Of a stretch of DNA of 34,018 nt, positions 1 to 11,934 are shown piece after piece. The translations under genes and the position numbers were made by a program. Below the pieces are notes generated by a model. It was not told where the DNA came from, did no database searches, and saw nothing but the letters and a program-made list of their open reading frames with translations. Numbering within the stretch: position 1 is the stretch's first letter; every line of letters starts with the position of its first letter. Source of the DNA: Trichomonas gallinae (lineage: Eukaryota); assembly GCA_008369845.1 (NCBI GenBank), contig MRSU01011332.1, forward strand, positions 1 through 34,018, given 5' to 3'.

Positions 1-62
1 TCACCTGGGAGAGCGTGCGACTGAAGATCGCAAGGTACGTGGTTCAAGTCCGCGAAGGCCCA
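1..62 (+). tRNA. tRNA-Phe(GAA), 5' end cut by window edge
   Basis: Anticodon stem TGCGA/TCGCA (16-20/28-32) around loop CTGAAGA (GAA at 23-25); T arm CGTGG-TTCAAGT-CCGCG; acceptor 3' strand AAGGCCC plus discriminator A; oligo-T Pol III terminator a few bases downstream. Confidence 0.95.
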
Positions 63-399
63 AATTGATTTTTTCTTTTTTAATTTCTTTATAAACTGGG
101 TTTCAAAACTTACATGCTCTTATATTTCACCATCAACTTTTGAAATTCAGTTTATTATTATGATATTTAGGATAAAATTATGCATGTTAACACACATATT
201 TTCTGAAATTGCTCTCATCGCACCTGTGCCTGGGTGCGACTGGCGACCGCACAGCATATAGTTCAATTTTAGTACATAACTCTTATATTTTAAGAGTGCA
301 TCCTTAATAAACTCCATTAGAACCACCATTTATCAGTCGATCAAAAACTAATTTTATGCAAAATGAAATACAATTCATGTTAATATATAGTATACACAT

Positions 400-1422
400 T
401 TATAAACAATTCGATAAAGAAACAGGTGAAGATGCAGGCGAAGGAGAGTCGATAAATTCCGGACTTAGCTTGTTGAAGGCAACAGTGTCTAAATACCATG
501 GAGGAAGCGTGAAAACCAATGGTTTTGATGCATCAACTGGATCAAACTGTATGATTGACATTTTCATCACTTTATCAAAATTCAAGACAGCTGCTGAATT
601 CATCCTTTCACAGTAGTTTGTGTTGCTAAATACTGTTATGCAAGCTTTTGTTCCTTCATATGGGTAGTTAATTCCTTCTGCACACATTTCATGGGATCTG
701 ATAAGATAAGACAGAGAATTTCTATTAAGAAACTGTCTCAATGCTCTTTCACTAAAGAAAGTGCCTGAACCGCGCGTATTTGGAGCAAATTTACTGAATA
801 TATCCAAAGGATCACTCCAAACGATATCTGAAAATATACTATCTGGGGGTATTTCTGTTGGTTTAGCGAGTACCTCAAGATCTGAAAGATAGTGGAACTG
901 CTTAGAAATACCTCCGTGCAAACATAAGGTGGAGCCACCGATAATGGCAGCGATTGAAAGGTTATAGAATGAAGTTATGAAATGATTGTAAAGGTTTGTG
1001 TTATATTTTCTCAAAACTTCGTTCATAAATCCGTAAACGGACGAAATATTTCTTGTTTCATGGTTTCCTCTCAATAAAAATATATTCTTTGGGTATAAAA
1101 TCTTCAAACAATATAAGAGAGTTATAACCTCAATACTATTATTGCCGCGATCTACGTAATCACCCAAGAATAAATATTTTTGTTCTGGAGGATAACCTAT
1201 TTTCTCAAATATGCGAAGCAAATCTACTATATTTCCATGAATGTCGCCAACAACGTGAATATCTGTCTCCAAATACAGCACTGTAGGCTCCATTTCAAGC
1301 GTATTGATCACCATGTCAATAATATCATGGATTTCCTTACTCGACAATCTAGTATTGATCGGTGTCTCACTGTTAACTGATGTTACAATCTCAAAGAACG
1401 CTTTGAAGACAACATCAGTCAT
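400..1422 (-). CDS. Ser/Thr protein phosphatase, PPP family (PP1-like)
   Basis: 340-aa ORF with GDIHG, GDYVDRG, RGNHE, HGG, WSDP and RSHE motifs. Confidence 0.95.
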   Translation of the reverse strand: MTDVVFKAFFEIVTSVNSETPINTRLSSKEIHDIIDMVINTLEMEPTVLYLETDIHVVGDIHGNIVDLLRIFEKIGYPPEQKYLFLGDYVDRGNNSIEVITLLYCLKILYPKNIFLLRGNHETRNISSVYGFMNEVLRKYNTNLYNHFITSFYNLSIAAIIGGSTLCLHGGISKQFHYLSDLEVLAKPTEIPPDSIFSDIVWSDPLDIFSKFAPNTRGSGTFFSERALRQFLNRNSLSYLIRSHEMCAEGINYPYEGTKACITVFSNTNYCERMNSAAVLNFDKVMKMSIIQFDPVDASKPLVFTLPPWYLDTVAFNKLSPEFIDSPSPASSPVSLSNCL

Positions 1423-1738
1423 AGATAAATAGAAATTAGTAAACGGTTATCACTTCTTTTATGATTTTTAGCTCATTTATTGCTTCATATATGTCTATAT
1501 ATTCTAAATTTTTCATTTTTGGACGGTTTTAACAAGGCTTATCAATGATTGAAAAATTATTAACAAAAATTTCATTTCCAGCCATATCAATATTCTCAAA
1601 TTTGCATATAATTTATATCGATTTTATTAATCCATGATTTGAGCCATTTTTGGAAATTTCAATCAATATAATGACTTTATACTATTTTATTAGCAAAATA
1701 TTAATATATTTATTCATATAGAATTAATGGGAATGATT

Positions 1739-2100
1739 TCAATATATATGTATAATCAATATTTTATCACGCATTTCAAAACAATATGTAATTCCTTGTA
1801 TATATGGCACACACACTTCTAACTGTTTAATTAGTGATTCTTCTTCCGTTTCTGGTATATCTGGTAGTAATGGTAACGGTACAGCGACCTTTCTATTCCT
1901 GCGAACCATGGATGGTTTAGGGCATATTTGAAAGTAATACGTTTTTGAATTAAATCATTCGATTCTCTTGAAATAATTAATCAATCTTGCAATTTAGGAT
2001 GATATGTCAATTTATCTTACATATAAAATGTAAATCACAGACAGTAGAGCATGTGCATATTCTAGAAGCGTATGAGTGGAACAAAACAGTGTAATTTGTA
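1739..2100 (-). pseudogene. Degraded protein kinase C-lobe fragment
   Basis: Minus strand reads YHPKLQD*LIISRESNDLIQKRITFKYALNHPWF (HPWF at 1914-1903; TGA at 1983-1981 where Trp is typical). This resembles kinase subdomains X-XI with the MLxxDP segment deleted. A frameshifted protein-like tail follows. Confidence 0.6.
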
Positions 2101-2387
2101 CTAAATTGAAAAATGCACGTTTATAAAAAGTGACGGAGTTCATTAAATTTTCAGTAAAGTTATTTTTTATGGTTGTATTTTGATTATTGACAAATTTGCA
2201 GATAATATTATGCAAAAAATATTTTGCAAAGATTTGAATGAGCATTCAAAATATCTCCTCTCAAATTGAAAATATTCGTGAATTCACTTTCATTGTCACA
2301 TTAACAGCTAGATTTCTCGATTTTTAAGTTTGTGTCACTTTTACAATTTTTTACAAAATGTCACTTTTTGAATTAAAAATTAATAAA

Positions 2388-3485
2388 ATGAAAGATAATA
2401 AGCCGACTCTTGCCAAAGCGGCAAACCTTCCTTTTATTATTAGGGACTACAAGTTTACTCAGATGATTGGCAAGGGTGGGTTCGCTGAAGTTTTCCTTTG
2501 TGAGCATGTAAAATTTGGGACGCCTTTCGTTGCAAAGGTGATGACAGTTGATCCATCGGAAGTTCAATCTACATGGGAAATCTTCGACTCAGAAACAAAA
2601 GCATTAAGTACGTTAAACCATCCACATATTATTCGCTTATATGATCACTTACAAATTGGCTGTCAATTCTTTTATTTTCTCGAGTACTGTCCAAATGGAA
2701 GTCTTTTCGATGAAATAGAAGTAACGAGAGGTTTACCAATTCCGAGATTTCTTACGTTAGCATCGCAAATTGTATCTGCATTAGCTTATTGTCACGCAAA
2801 TGGTATTGCACATAGAGATATAAAGCCTGGTAACATTTTATTAGATGAAAATAAGCGAGCAAAGCTTGCTGATTTTGGTCTTTGCATGAAAACAAAAATT
2901 GGACAGCTTCACAAGACATTTTCTGGCTCATGCGAATTTACTGCACCAGAAATATTCTTAAGGAAGCCAAACGATCCATTTAAAGGTGATGTTTGGGCTC
3001 TTGGTATAGTTTTTGCAATAATGATTACGGGAAGCTCACCATGGAAGTGCGATTCCCTAGGAGCACTAAGACAGCTTGCTTTAGCGGGAAATTACAGACT
3101 TAACGAGTTCGTACCTAAAGATATTGCAGATGTTATAGCGAAAATGATAGTTGTCGAGCCAGAAAAAAGAATAACAATGGCTCAATTAGCAGAGATGCCG
3201 CTGTTTCAAGTAACAAGGCCGGTTGGAATTCAACCATCTATATCCAAAACACAGATCATCGCAATAAACTGGGATCCGATTGAAAGACCATCGCGTGATA
3301 ATAGTATTGACGAATTAAGCGAAGTAGAAGAAGAGGTTCGACCAATTGTTCATTCAAAAGTTCGTTCCGCTTCTTCTCTCTTCTTGCATAGTAAACCTCA
3401 GAAGAAGGTTAAATCTAGAATGAAGTTGAGCACTGTCAAACCGACATTTCCAGGTATTGATGAAGACGATCTTGTTTATTTATAG
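2388..3485 (+). CDS. CAMK-group Ser/Thr protein kinase
   Basis: GKGGFAEV, VAK, HRDIKPGN, DFG, APE, DVWALG. ATG 2388 is preferred over 2358 because a TCACT initiator-like element lies at 2361. Confidence 0.93.
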   Translation: MKDNKPTLAKAANLPFIIRDYKFTQMIGKGGFAEVFLCEHVKFGTPFVAKVMTVDPSEVQSTWEIFDSETKALSTLNHPHIIRLYDHLQIGCQFFYFLEYCPNGSLFDEIEVTRGLPIPRFLTLASQIVSALAYCHANGIAHRDIKPGNILLDENKRAKLADFGLCMKTKIGQLHKTFSGSCEFTAPEIFLRKPNDPFKGDVWALGIVFAIMITGSSPWKCDSLGALRQLALAGNYRLNEFVPKDIADVIAKMIVVEPEKRITMAQLAEMPLFQVTRPVGIQPSISKTQIIAINWDPIERPSRDNSIDELSEVEEEVRPIVHSKVRSASSLFLHSKPQKKVKSRMKLSTVKPTFPGIDEDDLVYL

Positions 3486-4442
3486 AAGCTATTTTGTTTG
3501 TTTGTATTCTATAAATATAATTATTTCAAATCTATAAGCTTTTTAGTTTGATTTCGATATTTTTTTATGTTTCTTATCAAAATATCGTTTAAAACAGTTA
3601 TCTTTAGAACAAACCATTAAACAATTGTATAATGAGTAATTTTACATTGGAGAAATTAAGGAATATCGCACAAAATTTTATCAAGAGATTAAAAAATCCT
3701 TTAAATCATGTTTCTAATTTAATGTTTACTTATATAACATATAGATATAACAAATTTAATATTTAAAAAATCTATAAGCCATATGATGGGTGGCGTTTTC
3801 CAATTTCAATGTGTGGCCTAAGCACGTTCAGTAATTCACAATGTATAATTTGATTAAATACTATCATATGGTATGTATCAAGTAGTAGTAGCATATTCTC
3901 CCGTTAATAAATTTTTGAATTAATGATGAAAAAATGTTAAACGGTAGATTAGCTCAATTCTTGTTCCTGTAACAAGCCAGAACACGAGACAGTTTTTCTC
4001 CACAAAACCAAATCATCAAAAGCACGTTGAAAATTAAAAACCAACATTTTTTATTTTAACAAAAGGATAATCAAAGGATCTGCCATAGACATTATAGATA
4101 TAAGTGTGTGGAGATGCTTGTGTCAGCAGTTATTTTTTTTTTTCGTTGGTCATCCAGGCCCTCAAAAATCAAAACAAAATCTAAAGTATTCAAATTTTTG
4201 CTACAATATCAATCATCAGTTAAAACAGGTATATCCTGAATAGTGAAAAAATATTCAAAATTGCGAGGTTAAAATAAAGTACTCCCAATGAATTTAATTT
4301 TTGAATTTTATTTTCTAGCTCTAATACCTTTTTGTATAACAAATATAAATTACATATCAGCTCATAATATTATAGTAATATGTGTTGTTTTCTAAATCGC
4401 AATAATGAACATTTTATTCGATCAAAAAACAAAAATGAAACG

Positions 4443-5012
4443 TTACATGAGCTTGATATCAAAGTTTTCGTTCTCATCGAAATCAAAAGTGTTAATAATT
4501 GTATCAAGAATCTCTGTTTCTGTAGATGGCTCTGATTTTGCAGGTTTTGCTACCTCTTGAAGAAGACGACATCTGCGTGATGCATAAGGTTCTGTATCTA
4601 ATGTGAGCACATTATCTATATTCGCGTTCCTTCTTTTCAATTTATTATACTGTAATTTGATTGAAATACTTGTTCTATTTTTCATGAGGCTTGAAATGTA
4701 TGACCATTTATTGCCGACCTCAGCAACCCTTTGGAGTATAAATAGATTTTCCTCCGGTGTAAAATCTCCCTTATTCATTTTTGTGTCGAGATAATTAACC
4801 CATCTTTCTTTACATTGCCTCACTGACCTAGTTCCCATTTGTTGAGCTATATATTTCCAGTTAATATCCTTCCTTTTACCAAAAAACTTAACTAATTTCT
4901 TTAATCTTTCATCTTCCTCTGGTGTGAAAAGGCTTTTGTTCTTTATTTTGTCGCCCATTTTCCTTCCATTCTTAGTGCGATCACTGCCATAAGCACCATC
5001 ATGATTCACCAT
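4443..5012 (-). CDS. R2R3 Myb-like DNA-binding protein
   Basis: Two Myb repeats: FTPEEDERL...WKYIA...RSVRQCKERWVNYL and FTPEEN...GNKWSYIS...NRT. Confidence 0.93.
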   Translation of the reverse strand: MVNHDGAYGSDRTKNGRKMGDKIKNKSLFTPEEDERLKKLVKFFGKRKDINWKYIAQQMGTRSVRQCKERWVNYLDTKMNKGDFTPEENLFILQRVAEVGNKWSYISSLMKNRTSISIKLQYNKLKRRNANIDNVLTLDTEPYASRRCRLLQEVAKPAKSEPSTETEILDTIINTFDFDENENFDIKLM

Positions 5013-7428
5013 TTCTTTCTAATTATAAATCTAATCAAATTCAATTCACTTTTAATTTTTTTCAAAAAAATTTGTCAAAAGTTTATATTTTTAAGTTTTA
5101 TATAATATAAATTAACAAAAAAAATATTTTATTTGTAGCGAAAAGGCCTCAGAAATTCGAAACATTTTAGTTTAACCGATGGGTGTAGTATCTTTAATCT
5201 ATTTAACAATAAAACGAATATACTGATGTCAAAAATATTTATGTTAGTAAAGATATTGCAACAAAAGCAAAGATTCTTCAGAATAATTTTCAAAATGAGT
5301 GCAGTTATAAAAGGAAGTGTAATATATATTACTTACTTCTATAAGTATCATTTGAACTATCATTTTTGAGTTCTTCTGTTTTTTTCGTTACTCAATTACA
5401 TTTTTTTATATTTTTCTATTCTTAGGGGCTTGCACAGTTTGAAAATAGATACATAATAAGAATATATATCAATTCTAAAAACCAGATTTTGGTATCAATA
5501 AGAGAATGGATAAAAGAATTGATAAAAATTTTTATAAAGATGTAATATAATTCAATAAATAATGCATCAAATAATGGTATCAGTTATACGAATTAAATCC
5601 TTTCATATTTAATGTAAGTGAAAAATAATGTTTGAAACAGCTTGGAATGATTATTATGAAATATATATGTTTTATGTATTGCGCATCAATATAGTAATGA
5701 GGTTCCTGAAACAATATTGTTTGATTTTAATGTTAATTTGAAAAATTGATAATAAAACAGGAAATGATTAAAAATAAGTTATAATTCATTAGGTATATAA
5801 AAGAGAATAAAGCCGCATATTAAACAGCCCTTTCTAAAAGATATTTTTTGCAATGAATTAAAAAGTGACTTCAAAATGTGACAACATTCAAAAAAATTCA
5901 ATGTACCTTCTGAAAAGTCTGAAATTTTACATCGTGCTTGGCCTCTGATAAATTTAAATTTGATAAGAAATAGCCTTTCAAATTTTTATGAAATGTAGGA
6001 TCATCCAAGCTCTTTTTTCATAGTTTTTTACGATTTCGAATTTTGATAATTTTGAGACTGAAGTTTCGATAATTTAATAATGCAATATAATATATGATAG
6101 GCAAAATCACAGAAACCAATTATAAAATCAAGTTTTCAACGAAAAATCTTCACAGTTTTTGCTTATTGTTTATTTCTTTAACGCTTTAGCATATGTTATA
6201 TGCTAATAAAGACACATACATTAAAGTTCATGAAACAAATTTATATTTCTATTGTTTTGTCATTAATTAGGAATATCATTAGTATATATCATGCTTTCTA
6301 TCCACAAATCGATGCAAATACTATTATAACAAGCAGTATGATATATTACTAATTTGAATTTCCGTTTATTCAATTCATTTTTCATAATAAAATGCAATTT
6401 AATTTGAAGCATTCATATGATGTATTAATTCCACAGTCAATACTCAATCAACAAAAGATCAATATCATTACTATACTGAATGCATACTTATCAAGTTGAA
6501 AACGTTTATTTGTATAATTTCTCTTTTTTTGTAGATGAGTCATGAATGTGTGTCTATATTATCAATAAGCGATACAAATGCTTGGACAAATATCAATTTC
6601 TGCTAATCACACGAGAAGTATTACACAAACAAGCCAAACTATGGTGTTGACTCTGAAAATGGATATTTTTGATGTATTTGATGGTACAAATTGTATGCTC
6701 AAAATAAACTGATGAAGGAATTTTTTGCAAAATCAACAATTGAGTTGACAATTTGACGACTAATCCAAGGGTGGAAGTAAGGGTAAAGACCAATCAGAAT
6801 ATCACAAATAAATAAATTAAGTAATCTTACAAGTAATATATTGCGCATTTTATGTGCTTTAACATATGTTAGAGGGGTGTAATACACTACTAGTTCAGCA
6901 GGATGTGAAAAGCTGCACACTAGTATTGATATATAAATTCTCGTGAGAAATCAACGTGAACGAAAAAAGTTTATGATATAGAATTTGGATAATAAGATGA
7001 TGAGAAATTGCTTAATCCTCTTGTAAGATTTATCAAAAATATTTGTTGAAAAAAATTATCTTTCTATTGACTACGTCTACTTATAATATAATTGCTTAAA
7101 AGTAGTTCCATCATTTTGGCATATTACCACATATATGTAACTCGACTCTAAAATAAATCAATAAATTTTTTAAGAGTCGAAATTATGCTGAGATAATTTC
7201 AATATAATATCTGCTAAACACATATATTGGGTATTTGCTATTCAATGTTGTCCAAAACAAAATCAAAATCGAATAAATTTCGAGCTGCGATTTGCTTTAA
7301 GATTGTAGGCGTGTTTTAAAAGGTGTGTGTTAAAGCATATCTTTGACTCGTATCAAAATAATGCTTTTTTATTATTCCGGTGATAAGATTCACGACTCGT
7401 TATTTTTTTTTTAACAAAATTTTAAAAA

Positions 7429-9090
7429 ATGAGTGGATATAACGATCTAAGCGAATTCTCGGAATGTGTGACTGAGCAGCTGAAATTTGAGGAGGAGATG
7501 TTCACTTATATATCGCTCCCCTTGAAGCAGCTCGAGCAGAAAGCTGAAAAAGTGCTTAACACTCATTTTAATGAAAATTTGTTACGTCAAGTACAAAAAA
7601 CACAAGAACTTTATAACAAAATGAACGATGATAAGCTGTATCCTGACAAATACACCCAAACAATTCAAATAATAAAAAATCTCGATACTAATGATTTCGA
7701 CAAAATCAATACTGAGCTTGCTATAATAGTCAATGATGAGCCATATGATATCGTTTCTATTGCTGTTATCTTGGGAAACACAAAAGTCGTTGATCATTTT
7801 TTTAATCAAGACAAATTCAAGTTCGATTACAAGGCTACTACATATAGAATGGCAATGTGCTATCGATTTGATATGATTGAGCATAACATCGACAAAATTC
7901 GACAATATATTACACCAGATGTTTGTATTGATGTCTTTAATACACGTTTATTGGTACAAGTCTACAAGGAGAAAACGATGGATATGGTTAGCCCTCGTTT
8001 TGTTGACATGGCAGAAAATCAATTTAATTATGGCTGCTTAGAAATACTTTTATTGTGCGGAAACTCGGCGAGCATCATCAATGATTATGAAATACTTCGT
8101 GATTTAGTTTGCTTGGGCTACAAAACAACAGCTGATTTATTAATTCATCACGAATTTAACATTAACAGGCGAGATTCCGACGGAATGACAGCACTGATAC
8201 GTGCAGCTTATGATAATGACTTAGAATTCGCTGAATATCTCATTGATCACAATGCTCAACTTGATATCAAAGATTCCGATGGAATGTCAGCCTTGGCTAT
8301 GGCGACATACTACGGAAGCTTCAAAATAGCACAAAAATTATTGGAGCATGGCGCAGATAAAGAAACACAGAACAAAACTGGTGCAACTCCTCTATTAACA
8401 GCTTTGTACAATGATGATATCGATGCAATAAAGTTCTTAGCTCGATATAAGCCGAACATGAGAGATGTGATAAATGGCTTCTGTCCAATAGTTCATGCCG
8501 CTGAAGTTCCAAATTTCAACGCTGTTAAATATTTGTTAGCGAATGGTGCAAACATCAACAGCGTTGATGGAAACAAGATGACTCCGATGCTCGCCGCTGC
8601 ATCTAATGCAGTTGATGATTTAATTAGTTATTTAGGTCACAATAAAGCAGATGTTAACGTGAAGGATAAGGATGGAAACACTCCACTTATCCTTGTGGCA
8701 AAGTTTAGGAAGCGTGCAAGCACTTTTGATATTCGAAAAGAATCAGACCAAAGAGTTCTTTGTGCAACATCCCTCATTCATTATGGTGCTAAGGTTGATG
8801 ATCAAAATAATGAAAAAAGAACAGCTCTCCACTACGCTGTTGAAAATGGAGATTCTCAATTAGTTGAATTATTGCTTAAGAATAATGCAGATCCAAAATT
8901 AGAGGATTCACATGGTGATACACCAGTTTGCATCGCTGTTAAGAGCGATGATATTGAAATGACTAAATTATTAATAATTAATGGTGTAGTAATGGATAAG
9001 AATGCATTAGCAAATGTTAGATCCACAGAAATGAAGCGGGTGATACTTCAAGATGCTAACATCAAGAGTCAGTGTTGTTTATTAATTTGA
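7429..9090 (+). CDS. Ankyrin-repeat protein with C-terminal CCLLI (CaaX-like) motif
   Basis: Multiple ankyrin repeats (GMTALIRAA, GATPLLTA, GNTPLILVA, RTALHYAV, GDTPVCIA); ends SQCCLLI. Confidence 0.92.
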   Translation: MSGYNDLSEFSECVTEQLKFEEEMFTYISLPLKQLEQKAEKVLNTHFNENLLRQVQKTQELYNKMNDDKLYPDKYTQTIQIIKNLDTNDFDKINTELAIIVNDEPYDIVSIAVILGNTKVVDHFFNQDKFKFDYKATTYRMAMCYRFDMIEHNIDKIRQYITPDVCIDVFNTRLLVQVYKEKTMDMVSPRFVDMAENQFNYGCLEILLLCGNSASIINDYEILRDLVCLGYKTTADLLIHHEFNINRRDSDGMTALIRAAYDNDLEFAEYLIDHNAQLDIKDSDGMSALAMATYYGSFKIAQKLLEHGADKETQNKTGATPLLTALYNDDIDAIKFLARYKPNMRDVINGFCPIVHAAEVPNFNAVKYLLANGANINSVDGNKMTPMLAAASNAVDDLISYLGHNKADVNVKDKDGNTPLILVAKFRKRASTFDIRKESDQRVLCATSLIHYGAKVDDQNNEKRTALHYAVENGDSQLVELLLKNNADPKLEDSHGDTPVCIAVKSDDIEMTKLLIINGVVMDKNALANVRSTEMKRVILQDANIKSQCCLLI

Positions 9091-9284
9091 TTTCTATAAT
9101 GTATATTAGAATGTGTAAAATTTATTGTTGGAAATTGATTTAATGCGTTTATATATATCTATGGTTTTATTATTTTGGGATGAAATTCTTGATAAATATT
9201 TTTGACTAATTTGCCATGTAAATATCTCAAAGGATTTAAAAATAAGTTCTATCTAAAATAGTTCCTTGTGTCTTCTAATGTAAA

Positions 9285-9356
9285 GCACTGCTAGTGTAGT
9301 GGTTATCATGAGAGCCTTCCAAGCTTTTGATCCGGGTTCGATTCCCGGGCAGTGCA
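9285..9356 (+). tRNA. tRNA-Gly(TCC)
   Basis: Acceptor GCACTGC/GCAGTGC; D loop with GG; anticodon loop CTTCCAA (TCC at 9318-9320); T arm CCGGG-TTCGATT-CCCGG; downstream oligo-T terminator. Confidence 0.97.
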
Positions 9357-9887
9357 AATCCTTTTTTCTTTTTTTTTAAATTTGATTCACATGAAAATAC
9401 CATTTCCAATAAACAATAGATTGCTCTAGCATATATCTTACATTTTTTAAAACACGATGATTTTTCAAATGAAAGTAACTTTTCTTGATGTAAAATCAAT
9501 TTCAATAATCAGATTTAAAATGATCCAACAATATTATATTGTTTTATTAATAGTTATGAAAGTAATTACATTTATATGAGTTAAATTGGTTTGCTCAATT
9601 GCAAAAATAATGAGTTACTATGGATTTTCGATTTGTTCAATGATAATACAATATTTTGAATTAATATTTGCAATGTACACAAATAATATATCATTTTAAA
9701 TTATAAAGAACTGTAAAATATCAAGTTTTCGAATATGAAGTTAATCAATTTTATAAAAAATCTTAAAATAAAAATAATTTTTTTGACGATATTAAAGATT
9801 TCGTTGATTTTTTGAAAAATAAGATTAAAATCACTCAGCAGGTAATAAAGCAAATTTCGGAAATTTCAAAAATATTCCATCGATCAA

Positions 9888-9895
9888 AAAGTGAC
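9888..9895 (+). promoter_or_regulatory. AAAGTGAC core-promoter motif (Trichomonas M2-like) upstream of the SNARE gene
   Basis: Exact AAAGTGAC ending 10 nt before ATG 9905. The same motif sits on the coding strand upstream of the kinase at 18321-18328 (-), and in reverse orientation at 2334 and 2360. Confidence 0.6.
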
Positions 9896-9904
9896 AACAA
9901 TAAG

Positions 9905-10573
9905 ATGAGCTTAAAAAAGGGAAGTGAAGTACAAAACGTCAACCAGCTGATCAACAACTTCGAAAACCGCCTCAACAACGTCAAGAAAGAGCTTCCAAAC
10001 CTTAACAACAGGGCTAAGCGCGAAACAGTCAAAAAGCATTTCAAAGATCTTGGAAACCTTCAAGTACAGATTCCACCACTGATTGCCAATGCATCACCAG
10101 AGCAGCAGGATAAATACGACCGCCTTTGTGGTGAATTACAAGACATCAAAGACGATGCCGAACGTCAGATCGATATGTATGAGAAACAAGAGGCCCAGCA
10201 GCAACAATTGCAGAAACAAGGTGGTGCTCAAGGTGATGCAGCACTCCAGGCTTCTTTACTTCAAGAAACCAATGAAGTTGAAAATTTGAATCGTGAAACA
10301 CAAAGCATTGTCGAAGATATGAAGGCTATCGATGATGCAGCTACACTTCTCAAGGAAAAGATCGATGAACAACACGAAATTGTTGTTCGTGTTGATAATA
10401 CGATTGAAGATGCTCATGAGGAAATGGTTGAAGGTAACAACAGCCTTAACGTTGCCCAGGAACACCAGAAGCACAGCACGAAGTGCTTACTTTTTATTTT
10501 ACTCGGCGTTGTTGCTGCTATTGTAGTTCTTGGTCTTATCATTGGCCTTTCACTCAAGAAGAAGAAGAATTAA
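9905..10573 (+). CDS. Syntaxin-like (Q-)SNARE
   Basis: Helical N-terminal region, SNARE motif (IDEQHEIVVRVDNTIEDA...GNNSLNVA), C-terminal TM anchor and basic tail. First ATG is at 9905; the track start at 9812 is a TTG. Confidence 0.88.
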   Translation: MSLKKGSEVQNVNQLINNFENRLNNVKKELPNLNNRAKRETVKKHFKDLGNLQVQIPPLIANASPEQQDKYDRLCGELQDIKDDAERQIDMYEKQEAQQQQLQKQGGAQGDAALQASLLQETNEVENLNRETQSIVEDMKAIDDAATLLKEKIDEQHEIVVRVDNTIEDAHEEMVEGNNSLNVAQEHQKHSTKCLLFILLGVVAAIVVLGLIIGLSLKKKKN

Positions 10574-10791
10574 GCATTTGTATTTCAAACCCAATTTCAA
10601 TAATTTTTATTAAAAAATTTCTCTTAATAAGTCAATTTGTCAACTTAATTTGCAGAATCTTTCGGAATTCATCATGACACAAATCCACAAAATGAATGAA
10701 AATTTTGGTATCATGTATCAAATCTTCAAAATATGTTTTGAACTAATAAAAGCATATTATGATACATATATTATGTTTATATTCTCAATTC

Positions 10792-11623
10792 TTAACTGAA
10801 AAATGATAAAACGCATGTTTTGAATAGAATTAATATATTTTTATTACGAAAGATCGCATCATCATCTATATATTCATCAGAAAAACCATCTAATTGTTTT
10901 TCAGATTCATAATTTTCAGTTTCAGTATTTTTCATATCATTTGGGGAATGTAATGGAGTTATTTCATCTTTTTGCATTTCAGATTGTGTAGATTGTGGGA
11001 AAATTTGTTTCTTCTTTTTCTGCTGCCTTAAAATGAATTGTGATAGCTCACATTCAATGTGAAATGATCTTCCATTGAAAAACACTGAAATCATAGGTTT
11101 AAAGATGTTCACACTCTGATAGAAGAATAAATACATCCATCTATCATCGTGCTTTAGTTGTAATGCGCATGTCACTGATGAATCAAGATTATTGCAAATT
11201 TTTTTTCATGTCGTAGATCGAATTGTTCTGTATGCACGACTGCAAAATTGTCTTCGACTCAACATAGACCTGATACTCAGTCTTCTTCGGGAAATTTCGT
11301 CCCTTTTTCTTCTGATAAAATTCTATTGATTGGATTATTTGTCGAAAATCTTTTTTGTGTGTCAGTGCTGTTGAGATGAAAGTGTTGAGTTTTCTGAATA
11401 CTTTTGGTTTTGTCTGAGGACATAGGTCTGTCTTGCTGCAGAATTTACTAACAGTTGGTCCTAAAAGTGCTAATTTGCATTCATTTATTCGCCTTTTGAT
11501 AATTACTGTGAATTGCTGGTCCTCAGTAAATATCTCATCTATGCCTTGATTGGGCATGAATATGTATCTTCGTCCGCATGGGGAATTCTCATGTGAGACT
11601 TCTTCTTCCTGTTCTTGAAACAT
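10792..11623 (-). CDS. Hypothetical protein split by a 1-nt frameshift in an A8 run
   Basis: ORFs 11189-11626 and 10792-11175 join into ~276 aa (…YDMKKICNNLDSSVTCALQLKH…) if one base is removed from the T8 run at 11199-11206. Confidence 0.65.
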
Positions 11624-11934
11624 CAAGAAAAAATAAAGCGTTTTTCTTTTGTTTGCCGTTTTTCAATATATTTGCACTAAATATTTAATATATATTCAAT
11701 ATATAAATATCAAATATAGATTTGGTTGTACATCATGGCAGATAATATCGATTCTCAACAATTTGTGAATTGATGCAAAATTTTAGTATTTTTAGTTAAC
11801 TCAGCTTGAATATAGTCATTATCTTCGTCATAGCAAAAAAGTGATATAAAATTTCCTATATGGAGATTGTAACAAAATTACAATGGAAAAGTGACAGAAT
11901 TGGTCGATATGACATATGTCAAAGGATTTGAAAT

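Noticed and set aside
5183..5193. GTGTAGTATCT matches the U2 snRNA branch-point recognition region
   Set aside because: No flanking GCTAAGATCAA, stem IIa or Sm site; treated as a chance match.
5862..6010. AAAAGTGAC followed by ATG TGA and a ~40-codon protein-like frame
   Set aside because: Possible gene relic, but no recognisable family and too short to support.
7142..7180. TCGACTCT/AGAGTCGA stem (similarly TGCTACCA/TGGTAGCA near 29532)
   Set aside because: Isolated 8-bp stems are expected occasionally by chance in 34 kb.
9275..9505. 76-aa minus-strand ORF
   Set aside because: Antisense shadow of tRNA-Gly and AT-rich flank.
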